This document shows, one piece after another, positions 8,247 to 16,383 of a stretch of 32,000 nt of DNA; positions within the stretch are counted from its first letter, which is position 1, and every line of letters begins with the position of its first letter. Both the position numbers and the translations under genes were made by a program. Source of the stretch: Acaryochloris thomasi RCC1774 (GTDB taxonomy: Bacteria > Cyanobacteriota > Cyanobacteriia > Thermosynechococcales > Thermosynechococcaceae); contig NZ_PQWO01000011.1 of NCBI RefSeq assembly GCF_003231495.1, positions 30,001 to 62,000 on the forward strand, read 5' to 3'. The notes under the pieces are model-generated. The model was not told the origin of the DNA. It did no database searches and saw nothing but the letters and a program-made list of their open reading frames with translations.

Positions 8247-8264
8247 TTGAACTCTGGCGTTTGC

Positions 8265-10475
8265 TTACCCGACGATTCCGCCTTGGCTCGGAGAAACCAG
8301 CTCAGCTCCAGGATTATCAGCAACTTTGAACACATTGCCCTGCAGATCCCCTGCCTCCACTAGAGAGTTGTCAGCAATGATGTCAGCCAGCGAGCGCTGG
8401 TAGCTGATTCCGAACCTCTTCTCAATCTGGTCTAAAGCCCGATCGTTTTTGTAGAAAAAGCGATCGCCATCCCTCAGCGCCTCAAACTGATCTTCCCAAA
8501 GGGCTGACTGTAGCTCACCAAATTCAGATCCCTTTAGATGCTCCTCAGATACCATGCCCACAAAGGCATCCACGTTATCAACATCGCCGTAGATGGCTTT
8601 CAACCGAGCGGCCAAAGTTGTTTTACGGATGCCGGTAACGGCCTGCGTTTGCCCTTCGCGGGTGCCTTGCTCAAGCTCAATCCCATTCTTATCGAGGATG
8701 GTGTCAAACCGCAAAATATCGGGGTCATTTAGGGGATCAAGCGGATCGATGTCAGGGTCATCAGGGAACTCATCGGTGGCCTCACCGGTAATGTCAGTAA
8801 AAGAGTCGATTCGCTCTAAGCCATAGGCTTCACGGAGGTCGTTATATAGGGGAATGCCATGATCTCTGGCCCGTTGAATATCAATCGCGCCCAAATCAAG
8901 GACTGTAGAGAAATTTCCAGGCACCCCAGGTCCATCCAGATCCTCTGACGGATTCGACGGCAACTGGAAGAGAATACTCCTGAGTTGATTATCAATTTGC
9001 TCATCGTTTTTATATTGGGGCCTAGCTGCAAGCCCCTCAAGCATTAGATCCAGGCCAATATCAGCGACTAAAGATGGGCTGCCAATGGCTAAATTCAGTG
9101 GAATGGCGAGTGAGACGCCATCGTCAGTCTGCATCACGCCTAGCCCTCTCGCTTCAAAGGAGGCTAACTCATCGGCAGAGAATCGGTCTGCCTCAGCGTC
9201 AACGGTAATGCGGCCATGGATCATGCTGTGGGCGCGATAGCCAACCGTCGCAAATTCATTTGTAATGCTGGGGTCGACGGTGGCGTCATACCCTTTGTAT
9301 TTATCCAGCTCGATGCCCTGTGCTGGTAAGAACTCGTTATAGGTAATGTATTGCTGCTCGGCACCTACAACTTTTCTAGCAATTTGAAACTTAGTTTCTT
9401 CTTTCAGATGCTGAGGCAGTGCATCAACAATCCGGTTGTGCTCGCGGGCAAACAGGTTATGAATTGACGTTAGCGCAATATTCTCATTGGCCCGCACGTC
9501 GCCTGCGATTACGCGCTGATCGGGGGTACCCCTCAGCCGTCCATTTAATTCCATCATAGGGGCGGCATCAGCGTCTCCTCGGGCGGTCGCCAATGGGAGA
9601 AAGCCATCTGCTGTCAATAGTAAACGCGCACTGTTGTTGCTTAAGTCACCATCCACCGGACCTTCCCGCAACCACTCTAGACGCTCTTCGGTGCCGCCAT
9701 AGATGGCCCACCCATCAATGAAGGAGCTGACGGTGTTCACATGCTCTCGGGGTGTTGTCTCACCTGTGCCGGGGGCGGGTTGCGATCGCAAAAATCGGAT
9801 AGAACCCAAATCATTTTGAAACCCTTCAAGTGGATCACCATTATTGAAGGGTAAGGCAGCATCCTCATCCCCAGACTGTCTGAGGCCAAAAGTGTGATCT
9901 AGAAACTGCCCCCAATAGCCAGCCCACTGTGAGACACCATTCTCAGAGAACAGATTTTGGCCCAAATCTGAGAAGATGCGGTTGCTGATAAACCGAGGGT
10001 CTGGGCCTTCTAGCACCTCACTCAGACCGTCAGCGTAGTTGGCGTCGGTATTGCGGGAGTACTGAGTCCCCACCTGACCCAAGGATCGGTCAAAGCGGTT
10101 GTTGCCTGAGCCGTCGAGACTGCGTGTCTTGAACCTAAAAGATCTCGGAACAAAGGGTCTCCTGGGGCTAGACCGTCTAAACGCATCAATAAACTCTCGA
10201 ATAGAAGTCTGAAGATCGTCAAAAGAGGCCTGAAAATCATCAAAATCTCGTGAGCCAGTCAGTTCCTTACTCTTGTTGAAAATGTTATCTAGATTTGGCT
10301 CTAAAGAATTCAGATTAACCTTATGCTTCGTCGATAATTTATTTGATGAACTCCCAATATTTTTCCCTATGTTCAGAGATCTCTGGGAAAAAAGTATAGA
10401 ACCCAGCGAACCATTGCTCTGAGAGAAATCTAAATGCTTCAGCGAACCATGTTTTGCCAATGAAAGATTTTTCAT
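8265..10475 (-). CDS. Animal-haem-peroxidase protein, paralogue 2, with a Ser/Asn/Lys-rich low-complexity N-terminal region
   Basis: It has the same motif set as paralogue 1: RSLDGSGNN, WGQFLDHT, SSFIDGWAIYGG, LFAREHNRIV, YRAHSMIHG, RARDHGIPLYNDLREAYGL. The start is ambiguous. The track gives TTG 10523. TTG 10487, GTG 10484 and ATG 10475 lie downstream of an AGAGG. I list the ATG. Confidence 0.88.
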   Translation of the reverse strand: MKNLSLAKHGSLKHLDFSQSNGSLGSILFSQRSLNIGKNIGSSSNKLSTKHKVNLNSLEPNLDNIFNKSKELTGSRDFDDFQASFDDLQTSIREFIDAFRRSSPRRPFVPRSFRFKTRSLDGSGNNRFDRSLGQVGTQYSRNTDANYADGLSEVLEGPDPRFISNRIFSDLGQNLFSENGVSQWAGYWGQFLDHTFGLRQSGDEDAALPFNNGDPLEGFQNDLGSIRFLRSQPAPGTGETTPREHVNTVSSFIDGWAIYGGTEERLEWLREGPVDGDLSNNSARLLLTADGFLPLATARGDADAAPMMELNGRLRGTPDQRVIAGDVRANENIALTSIHNLFAREHNRIVDALPQHLKEETKFQIARKVVGAEQQYITYNEFLPAQGIELDKYKGYDATVDPSITNEFATVGYRAHSMIHGRITVDAEADRFSADELASFEARGLGVMQTDDGVSLAIPLNLAIGSPSLVADIGLDLMLEGLAARPQYKNDEQIDNQLRSILFQLPSNPSEDLDGPGVPGNFSTVLDLGAIDIQRARDHGIPLYNDLREAYGLERIDSFTDITGEATDEFPDDPDIDPLDPLNDPDILRFDTILDKNGIELEQGTREGQTQAVTGIRKTTLAARLKAIYGDVDNVDAFVGMVSEEHLKGSEFGELQSALWEDQFEALRDGDRFFYKNDRALDQIEKRFGISYQRSLADIIADNSLVEAGDLQGNVFKVADNPGAELVSPSQGGIVG

Positions 10476-10761
10476 TTCACGCACCAACCAAATACCTCTA
10501 ATACACACAAAGGTAGGCTGCAATATCGATTTAACATGAATCTCTACTCAGCTAGATGCTCTAACTGGTACTCCTTGTCTTGCCCTATCCTCTTGCTTAT
10601 CGACAATAACAGCGAGTCAGAACTTAGATGCATTCTTATTTGAGACTTTTCCATCAAAGGGATGAGGGAAAGGCGATGGAGGAAAAGAGTTCTAGAGACC
10701 TACTGCCTAAGACTCATGTAGTTTAATCTCCCCGTGTAAAAATAACTATCTCGAATAAAGA

Positions 10762-10774
10762 TCATTGTCAATGA
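10762..10774 (-). promoter_or_regulatory. Perfect 13-bp palindrome TCATTGTCAATGA upstream of peroxidase paralogue 2 (candidate operator)
   Basis: This is a 6+1+6 perfect palindrome about 290 nt upstream of ATG 10475. It shares the ATTGTCAAT core with 7940-7948. Confidence 0.35.
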
Positions 10775-10887
10775 ACCTACTAGTCAGCGTTTTTTCTGTG
10801 TAAATTGAACTGTAAATAGTGGCCTTGTCTGTGCATTTATAGAAATATTCTCTACAGTGAAAAAAGACGACTGTCAACGGTATTGCC

Positions 10888-10929
10888 TACATATTCTATG
10901 GCAAAAGGATATTCTTAAGAATAGATTTA
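10888..10929 (-). promoter_or_regulatory. 42-bp conserved upstream block (copy 2)
   Basis: TACATATTCtatggcaaaaggatatTCTTAAGAATAGATTTA is the partner of 8086-8127. It is preceded by AAAAAAGA-cgac-TGTCAA at 10860-10877, paralleling AAAAAAGA-aatat-TGTCAA at 7929-7947. Confidence 0.4.
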
Positions 10930-11081
10930 CGAGCCGATCTCTACTGCTGACGTAAACCGGCTGTTTGACCGTATTCAGTGTTGCTTTATCTAAACTTGCG
11001 TTAATTTTTGCGGAAGTAAGTTTTATTGTGTAAATCAACGATCTGTTATACAGGGGTATAGCTGAGGGCCCGTCTGTTGCT

Positions 11082-11855
11082 TTAGCCGTACCCCAGCACT
11101 ATTCTTGCCATCATCAGGTTGCCGCTGATCAGGCTCCGCTGCTGCCAGAGCAACAGTACCCCGCTCACCATGACAAACGACGTGACAAGCTGGCGAAAGC
11201 GTTGTTCGCTAATCCGCTCTAAAACAATGTGAGCTAGCCAGTTGCCTGGAAATGCTGCCAGACCAATCAAAACGCCATAGCCGATATGGGCCTGAGTCAG
11301 TGCTCCAAAAGCAGCATAGGCAATCAGCTTTACACCGTGTATTAAGACTCGGGTGGCTGATTGCGTCGCCAAGAGCGCTTCTTTCTGTAGCCCATAATTA
11401 AGGTAAAACGGCACTAGCAGCGGCCCCATACTGCCAATTACGCCAGACAGAAAGGCATAGACAAAGCTGGCGGGCAAAAAATACCAGGCCTTCACTTCAA
11501 AAGAGGTGGACTCTCCCTTGAAGGCATAGCTATAGGCTGACAGCAGCAGGAATACCGCCACTAAAATCCCGAGCCATTCTACGTGGAGTCTCGTGAAGGT
11601 AAAAGCCCCCAGGCCCGCTCCAACGACTGCGCCCGGAATATCCCATCGGAGCACCTGCCAATCTACATGCTGCCGGTAGACATAAGCTCGCTCTGTATTG
11701 CCAAAGATGCCGCCAATTGTGATCACGGGCGCTAGCGCTGCCGTGCCGAGGAACAGGCTGATCATGGGGATTAAAATCAGAGAGCTTCCCCCGCCCGCCA
11801 CTGAACTAATAAACCAACCCACGGCACTTGCGATGCTCAGCCAAATTAGGGTCAT
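11082..11855 (-). CDS. TauE/SafE (DUF81) family anion-exporter-type membrane protein
   Basis: The 257-aa protein is highly hydrophobic with multiple TM segments. Its N-terminus has the typical GGGSSLILIPMISLFLG, and a second-half repeat gives the duplicated 4-TM architecture of the family. Confidence 0.85.
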   Translation of the reverse strand: MTLIWLSIASAVGWFISSVAGGGSSLILIPMISLFLGTAALAPVITIGGIFGNTERAYVYRQHVDWQVLRWDIPGAVVGAGLGAFTFTRLHVEWLGILVAVFLLLSAYSYAFKGESTSFEVKAWYFLPASFVYAFLSGVIGSMGPLLVPFYLNYGLQKEALLATQSATRVLIHGVKLIAYAAFGALTQAHIGYGVLIGLAAFPGNWLAHIVLERISEQRFRQLVTSFVMVSGVLLLWQQRSLISGNLMMARIVLGYG

Positions 11856-12239
11856 AGAAAAACGGCTCTTTGTGCTTTACCGGGCATATCTACAGAACGT
11901 TATGGCAACACTTAACTTAATATTAACCTGATGTTAAAGCGGTACACGTACTGATTAGGGCATAAAAATATCTGAACCCATCTATGCCAAGGAAGGGCTG
12001 TCCTAACTCAGCCGGGGACTGCTATAAAGTCTTGTTCGATCCGGTTTGTTGCTGCGGAATCAACGGAGTGGGGCTGCGTCGTGACAGCTTTCGTCGCCTC
12101 TGCTTTGTTTTGTGGGGATGGGCGCAAAGGTCGACGATCAAGCCTAAACTAGATGGGGTCGGTTTCAGCCGTTCTTGCTGTGGTGGCTTTGATATTTTAT
12201 ATTCGCCGCTCATTTTTTTATTAAGGAGAAATCACTCGT

Positions 12240-13289
12240 ATGTCCGGCTCTTCTCAGAATGCTCCTCTGCTGCTGCGGGCTGCCCGTGGTGAATCTGTCG
12301 ATCGCCCGCCTGTGTGGATGATGCGACAGGCCGGTCGCTACATGAAGGCCTATCGAGATTTGCGAGAAAAGTATCCGACGTTTCGAGAGCGCTCTGAGAT
12401 CCCTGATGTGGCAATTCAGGTGTCGCTGCAGCCTTGGAAGTCTTTTCAGCCCGATGGTGTGATTCTGTTCTCTGATATTGTGACGCCGCTGCCGGGCATG
12501 GGCATCGAGATGGATATCGCAGAGGGCAAGGGACCGATTATTGCCGATCCGATTCGAACAATGGAGCAGGTTAATCAGATCCATGATCTAGAGCCTGATG
12601 AGTCCGTTCCTTTTATTCGTCCCATTCTCAAGGCGCTGCGAGATGAGGTAGGCGATCAGTCTACGGTCCTTGGCTTTGTCGGTGCGCCTTGGACGTTGGC
12701 GGCCTACGCGGTAGAAGGGAAAGGCTCGAAAAACTACTCAATTATTAAGAGTATGGCGTTCAATGAGCCGAAGGTTCTCCATGCGCTACTGAGTAAGATT
12801 GCAGATTCCATTGCGATTTACGTTCGTCACCAGATCGACTGTGGCGCGCAGGTGGTACAGATGTTTGATTCCTGGGCCGGTCAGCTTAGCCCTCAAGATT
12901 TTGAAACGATTGCTTTGCCCTATCAAAAACAGGTGGTGGAGCAGGTGCGCCAGACTCACCCTGATACGCCGTTGATTTCCCTCGCCAGCGGCAGTGCTGG
13001 GATTCTGGAGCGGATGGCCAAGTCTGGCGTCGATATCATCAGCGTGGACTGGACCGTGGATATGGCGGAGGCCCGGAAGCGTTTAGGGTCAGAGATGATG
13101 GTGCAGGGCAATATGGATCCGGGTGTGCTCTATGGGTCGCAGGAGTTTATTTGCGATCGCATCCACGACATCGTTAAAAAAGCAGGCAACAAAGGCCACA
13201 TCATGAACCTCGGTCACGGTGTTTTGCCCACGACCCCAGAAGAGAACGTGGCGTTCTTTTTTGAGACCGTGAAGCAGATGAGCTACTAA
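12240..13289 (+). CDS. hemE: Uroporphyrinogen decarboxylase
   Basis: The classic HemE N-terminus is present: [29 protein letters not shown]. Other matches are [16 protein letters not shown] and a NLGHGVLP end. AAGGAG sits 10-15 nt upstream of the ATG. Confidence 0.97.
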   Translation: MSGSSQNAPLLLRAARGESVDRPPVWMMRQAGRYMKAYRDLREKYPTFRERSEIPDVAIQVSLQPWKSFQPDGVILFSDIVTPLPGMGIEMDIAEGKGPIIADPIRTMEQVNQIHDLEPDESVPFIRPILKALRDEVGDQSTVLGFVGAPWTLAAYAVEGKGSKNYSIIKSMAFNEPKVLHALLSKIADSIAIYVRHQIDCGAQVVQMFDSWAGQLSPQDFETIALPYQKQVVEQVRQTHPDTPLISLASGSAGILERMAKSGVDIISVDWTVDMAEARKRLGSEMMVQGNMDPGVLYGSQEFICDRIHDIVKKAGNKGHIMNLGHGVLPTTPEENVAFFFETVKQMSY

Positions 13290-13295
13290 CGCCCC

Positions 13296-14240
13296 ATGCG
13301 GGTTTTAGTTACTGGGGCTAGCGGCTGTATTGGTCACTATATTTGTGAAGCGCTGATTCAGCAAACCGATCACGAGCTATTTCTCTTGGTTCGTGATCCG
13401 GCCAAGCTGAAGATCGACGTGAGTGCTCGTCCTGGCGTTCACGTTCTCACGGTAAATCTGCGAGACCTTTCGCCCCTGCAGGAGTTGCTGCCGACCATCA
13501 ATCAGGCCATCCTCACTGCAACGGCTTGGGGGGACCCGGTAGAGACCTTTGACCTCAACGTCACTAAAACACTAGAGCTAATTCAGCAACTCGATCCGCA
13601 GGTGTGCCAGCAGGTGCTGTACTTTTCCACCGCCAGCATTCTCAGCCGAGAAGAGGAGTTATTACCTCAGGCAGGAGAAATTGGAACGGATTACATTCGC
13701 TCTAAGTATCAATGCTTCGAGCAACTGCAGCAGTTAGAGTTGACACCTAAAGTTGTGACCGTCTTTCCGACACTGGTATTCGGAGGCGATGAAAACAAGC
13801 CAGACTCTCACCTGTCAGGTGGTTTGCCTGAAGTGATGCGATGGGCCAGCTTACTGCGCTTTTTTAAGATGGAGGGGAGTTTCCATTTTATTCATGGTCG
13901 AGATATTGCCCAAGTTATCTGTTACCTAGTGCAGCATCCAGAGGCTGCGCCTAGCGATCGACTGGTGCTGGGGAGTCGAAGCATGACCGTGAATGAATTT
14001 ATTGAGGCGGTTTGTAAGGTGTGCGACAAAAGAGCCTTTTTCAAAATCAATCTTTCACCCGTACTCACCAATCTAGTGATTAAGCTTTTCAATATCCAAA
14101 TGGCAGATTGGGATAGATTTTGCTTAGACTACCGCCACTTTAGCTATCCTCATGCCATTAATCCTGCGACCGTTGGCCTAACAAGCTATTGCTCCACTCT
14201 TCGAGACTTACTCCGGCTCACCACTGCACTAAAGATATAG
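13296..14240 (+). CDS. NAD(P)-dependent epimerase/dehydratase (extended SDR) family protein
   Basis: The N-terminus MRVLVTGASGCIGHYICEAL carries the Rossmann GxxGxxG motif. The protein is 314 aa and starts 6 nt after the hemE stop, so it is probably co-transcribed. Confidence 0.8.
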   Translation: MRVLVTGASGCIGHYICEALIQQTDHELFLLVRDPAKLKIDVSARPGVHVLTVNLRDLSPLQELLPTINQAILTATAWGDPVETFDLNVTKTLELIQQLDPQVCQQVLYFSTASILSREEELLPQAGEIGTDYIRSKYQCFEQLQQLELTPKVVTVFPTLVFGGDENKPDSHLSGGLPEVMRWASLLRFFKMEGSFHFIHGRDIAQVICYLVQHPEAAPSDRLVLGSRSMTVNEFIEAVCKVCDKRAFFKINLSPVLTNLVIKLFNIQMADWDRFCLDYRHFSYPHAINPATVGLTSYCSTLRDLLRLTTALKI

Positions 14241-14261
14241 GTGAAGGCAACAGTGAAGAAA

Positions 14262-14528
14262 TCAGGATAAATCTACGTCGCGTAATTCTACATCTCTCGA
14301 GCGAACGGGATTGAACTCAATTTTTGCCAATTCTTCTGCAAGTTCTGGCGGCATCGCCAGTACCTCACTAAGACTTTTACCCGTCTCTGAAAGCCTGTGG
14401 TATTCATCTATCGTCAACAAAACATGGGTGGGAATGCCTTCGTCTGTTATGAATACCGGCCCATGCTTCGCAGCTCGCTCGGCTTTGTCCACATCTTGAT
14501 TAAATTCTCGACTCGAAAAGCTTTGCAA
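14262..14528 (-). CDS. Phd/YefM (VapB-type) family antitoxin, with no adjacent toxin gene
   Basis: Matches are SSREFNQDVDKAERAAKHGPVFITDEGIPTHVLLTIDEYHRL and the tail ...DVELRDVDLS. The track start is ATG 14579. I prefer TTG 14528, which gives MQSFSSREFNQ and has AGGAG 10 nt upstream. Confidence 0.7.
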   Translation of the reverse strand: MQSFSSREFNQDVDKAERAAKHGPVFITDEGIPTHVLLTIDEYHRLSETGKSLSEVLAMPPELAEELAKIEFNPVRSRDVELRDVDLS

Positions 14529-14631
14529 AGTACCAAGACTCCTGCAGCGTAGCAGTGTACTGACATCATAGAAGCTCATCCTTACAGAGCTGCTGAAAAA
14601 TTTTACACAAACGTCCGGTCAGAACTACCTC

Positions 14632-14637
14632 TATAAT
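14632..14637 (+). promoter_or_regulatory. Candidate -10 box (TATAAT) upstream of ndhC
   Basis: A perfect TATAAT lies 40 nt upstream of the ndhC GTG. The nearest -35-like hexamer, TTTACA at 14602-14607, is 24 nt away, which is too far for a canonical sigma-70 spacing. Confidence 0.3.
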
Positions 14638-14676
14638 AAAGAGCGATTAGCAAGTTCTATAACGTTCAACCTGCCT

Positions 14677-15039
14677 GTGTTTGCTCTTAGCGGCTACGAA
14701 TATCTTCTCGGCTTTCTCCTTCTCTGCAGCCTTGTCCCGGCCTTGGCTCTCAGCGCCTCTAAGGTTCTGCGGCCCAGTAATCGCGGACCAGAACGACGCA
14801 CCACCTATGAATCAGGTATGGAGCCGGTCGGCGGTGCCTGGATTCAATTCAACATCCGCTATTATATGTTTGCTCTAGTGTTTGTTGTCTTCGATGTAGA
14901 GACGGTCTTTCTCTATCCCTGGGCTGTCGCGTTCCACAAATTAGGCGTTCTAGGCTTTGTTGAGGCCCTGATCTTCATCGCTATCCTGATTGTGGGCTTG
15001 GTCTACGCATGGCGAAAGGGTGCCTTAGAGTGGTCTTAG
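14677..15039 (+). CDS. ndhC: NAD(P)H-quinone oxidoreductase subunit 3 (NDH-1 subunit C / NuoA homologue)
   Basis: The ORF has a GTG start and 120 aa. Its sequence [43 protein letters not shown] is characteristic of the family. Confidence 0.95.
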   Translation: MFALSGYEYLLGFLLLCSLVPALALSASKVLRPSNRGPERRTTYESGMEPVGGAWIQFNIRYYMFALVFVVFDVETVFLYPWAVAFHKLGVLGFVEALIFIAILIVGLVYAWRKGALEWS

Positions 15040-15099
15040 GCCGCATCACATTGACCCAGACTTTTTGATTTCCTTATAAACGCACTCAAAGGAGCAGAC

Positions 15100-15669
15100 G
15101 TGTCAGACTCTTCACCAGAAAGCAAAGCATCCCCTGAGCAGTCTGAAGCAGAAGAAACCCAGACTGAAGAAACCCAAGAAGCGCCGATTGTCGAAGCAGG
15201 GCCAATCTCAAAACGAATGGCTCAGATGGGGGTTGAGCAGGAAACATTAGGGGTTGATCACCTGGGCACCGAGATCATTAAGGTTGATCGTGATGGCCTT
15301 CTATCCCTCTGTGCGGCCCTCAAAGAAGATGGCTTCAATTACCTTCAGTGTCAGGCAGGCTACGACGCCGGACCCGGAGAAGATCTGGTCAGTATGTATC
15401 ACCTGCTCAAGGTAGATAACGACGTTGTGCGTCCTGAAGAAGTGCGCGTCAAGGTCTTTTTGCCCCGCACCGACCCCCGTATTCCTTCTGTTTATTGGAT
15501 TTGGAAAACAGCCGACTGGCAGGAGCGCGAAACCTATGACATGTATGGCATCGTTTATGAAGGTCATCCCAACATGAAACGGTTGCTAATGCCTGAAGAT
15601 TGGGTGGGTTGGCCAATGCGTAAGGACTATATCAGTCCTGACTTTTATGAGCTTCAAGATGCGTACTAA
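15100..15669 (+). CDS. ndhJ: NAD(P)H-quinone oxidoreductase subunit J (NuoC homologue)
   Basis: The GTG start has AAGGAG 5 nt upstream. Motifs are [49 protein letters not shown] and [11 protein letters not shown]. The N-terminal ~30 aa are an acidic S/E/T-rich extension. Confidence 0.95.
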   Translation: MSDSSPESKASPEQSEAEETQTEETQEAPIVEAGPISKRMAQMGVEQETLGVDHLGTEIIKVDRDGLLSLCAALKEDGFNYLQCQAGYDAGPGEDLVSMYHLLKVDNDVVRPEEVRVKVFLPRTDPRIPSVYWIWKTADWQERETYDMYGIVYEGHPNMKRLLMPEDWVGWPMRKDYISPDFYELQDAY

Positions 15670-15855
15670 ACGTTAAGAAGCATTTTGAGTCGGTGACTTA
15701 ATTGAGGCTTGACTCGATGTTCTTTGGTGGGGCTTCAGTTTATGAAGTCCTTTTTACTGGGTGCTCTGCCCTATGACGTCACTAGAGAAAATGGTAGGGT
15801 GAAGCTACCGGCTGATTCCCATAGAGTTTTGAACAACGAGCGGAGGCAAATCCCC

Positions 15856-16221
15856 ATGAATACAGCATCTGACGGCGCTCATCAGGCTAGCGAAAAGAGC
15901 CTTGATACGATGCGTAAGTTTGCCCAAACCTATGCCCAGCGCTCTGGTACTTACTTCTGCTCTGATGCAGGGACAACGGCAGTTGTGATCGAGGGGCTGG
16001 CTAAGCATAAAGAAGATCTAGGTGCACCTCTCTGTCCATGCCGTTTCTATGAAGACAAAGAAGCTGAGGTCAAATCGACCTACTGGAATTGCCCTTGTGT
16101 GCCGATGCGCGAACGGCATGAGTGTCACTGCATGTTGTTTTTGACGGAAGACAACCCTTTCGCCGGAGACAAGCAAGAAATTACGGTGGAAGAGATTCGC
16201 GCTGAAACCAATAAGTATTAA
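15856..16221 (+). CDS. ftrC: Ferredoxin-thioredoxin reductase catalytic subunit
   Basis: The Cys motif set is CPCRFY...WNCPCVPMRERHECHCMLFLT. The internal ATG 15856 has GGAGG 9 nt upstream and gives the usual ~120-aa size. The track ORF starts at 15709 with 49 non-homologous residues. Confidence 0.92.
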   Translation: MNTASDGAHQASEKSLDTMRKFAQTYAQRSGTYFCSDAGTTAVVIEGLAKHKEDLGAPLCPCRFYEDKEAEVKSTYWNCPCVPMRERHECHCMLFLTEDNPFAGDKQEITVEEIRAETNKY

Positions 16222-16240
16222 CGAACGGTTGGTTCGATAC

Positions 16241-16290
16241 GGAATATCTTGAATTGAGGCTGGCGAATAGAATTCGCGCCTGTCAGAACA
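16241..16290. repeat. Short dispersed intergenic repeat, copy C (hairpin arm)
   Basis: TTGAGGCTGGCGAATAGAATTCGC matches copy A (TTAAGGCTAGCGAATAGAATTCGC) at 22/24 positions. It contains the hairpin GCGAAT-aga-ATTCGC, followed by CCTGTCAGAACAGG. It lies in the convergent ftrC/rfbD spacer. Confidence 0.6.
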
Positions 16291-16383
16291 GGACTTGCCT
16301 GCGCAGGTTATATGCATCACGTCTTCCAGCAATCCGCGGGGTGAGTTCTGAGAATGTGGCTGCAGCCGCTAATCCGCTAATCT

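Noticed and set aside
8078-8335. An 85-aa minus-strand ORF spanning the end of peroxidase 2 and the terminator hairpin.
   Set aside because: It overlaps the peroxidase 3' end out of frame, runs through the hairpin and A+T-rich spacer, and has a nonsense-like sequence.
7940-10774. Assigning the ATTG-N-CAAT palindromes to Fur, PerR or NtcA.
   Set aside because: The sequence does not match the Fur/PerR A+T-rich 7-1-7 consensus or the GTA-N8-TAC NtcA site well enough. It is left as an unassigned dyad.
5294-11081. The idea that the peroxidase region is a recently acquired genomic island, because of its A+T-rich flanks.
   Set aside because: Three HIP1 sites lie within the two genes. The coding composition is similar to the neighbours. 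There is no integrase, transposase or flanking direct repeat, and no adjacent tRNA. The low G+C is confined to non-coding spacers and one N-terminal segment.
11984-12292. A 102-aa plus-strand and a 63-aa minus-strand ORF in the G+C-rich region upstream of hemE.
   Set aside because: Both are Cys/Arg/Gly-rich nonsense-like sequences, and the plus ORF overlaps the hemE start out of frame. The region is more likely a 5' UTR or promoter. I could not recognise an RNA family in it.
15709-15855. A 49-codon N-terminal extension of ftrC suggested by the track ORF.
   Set aside because: The extension has no FTR homology. The internal ATG 15856 has a GGAGG RBS and gives the canonical ~120-aa protein.
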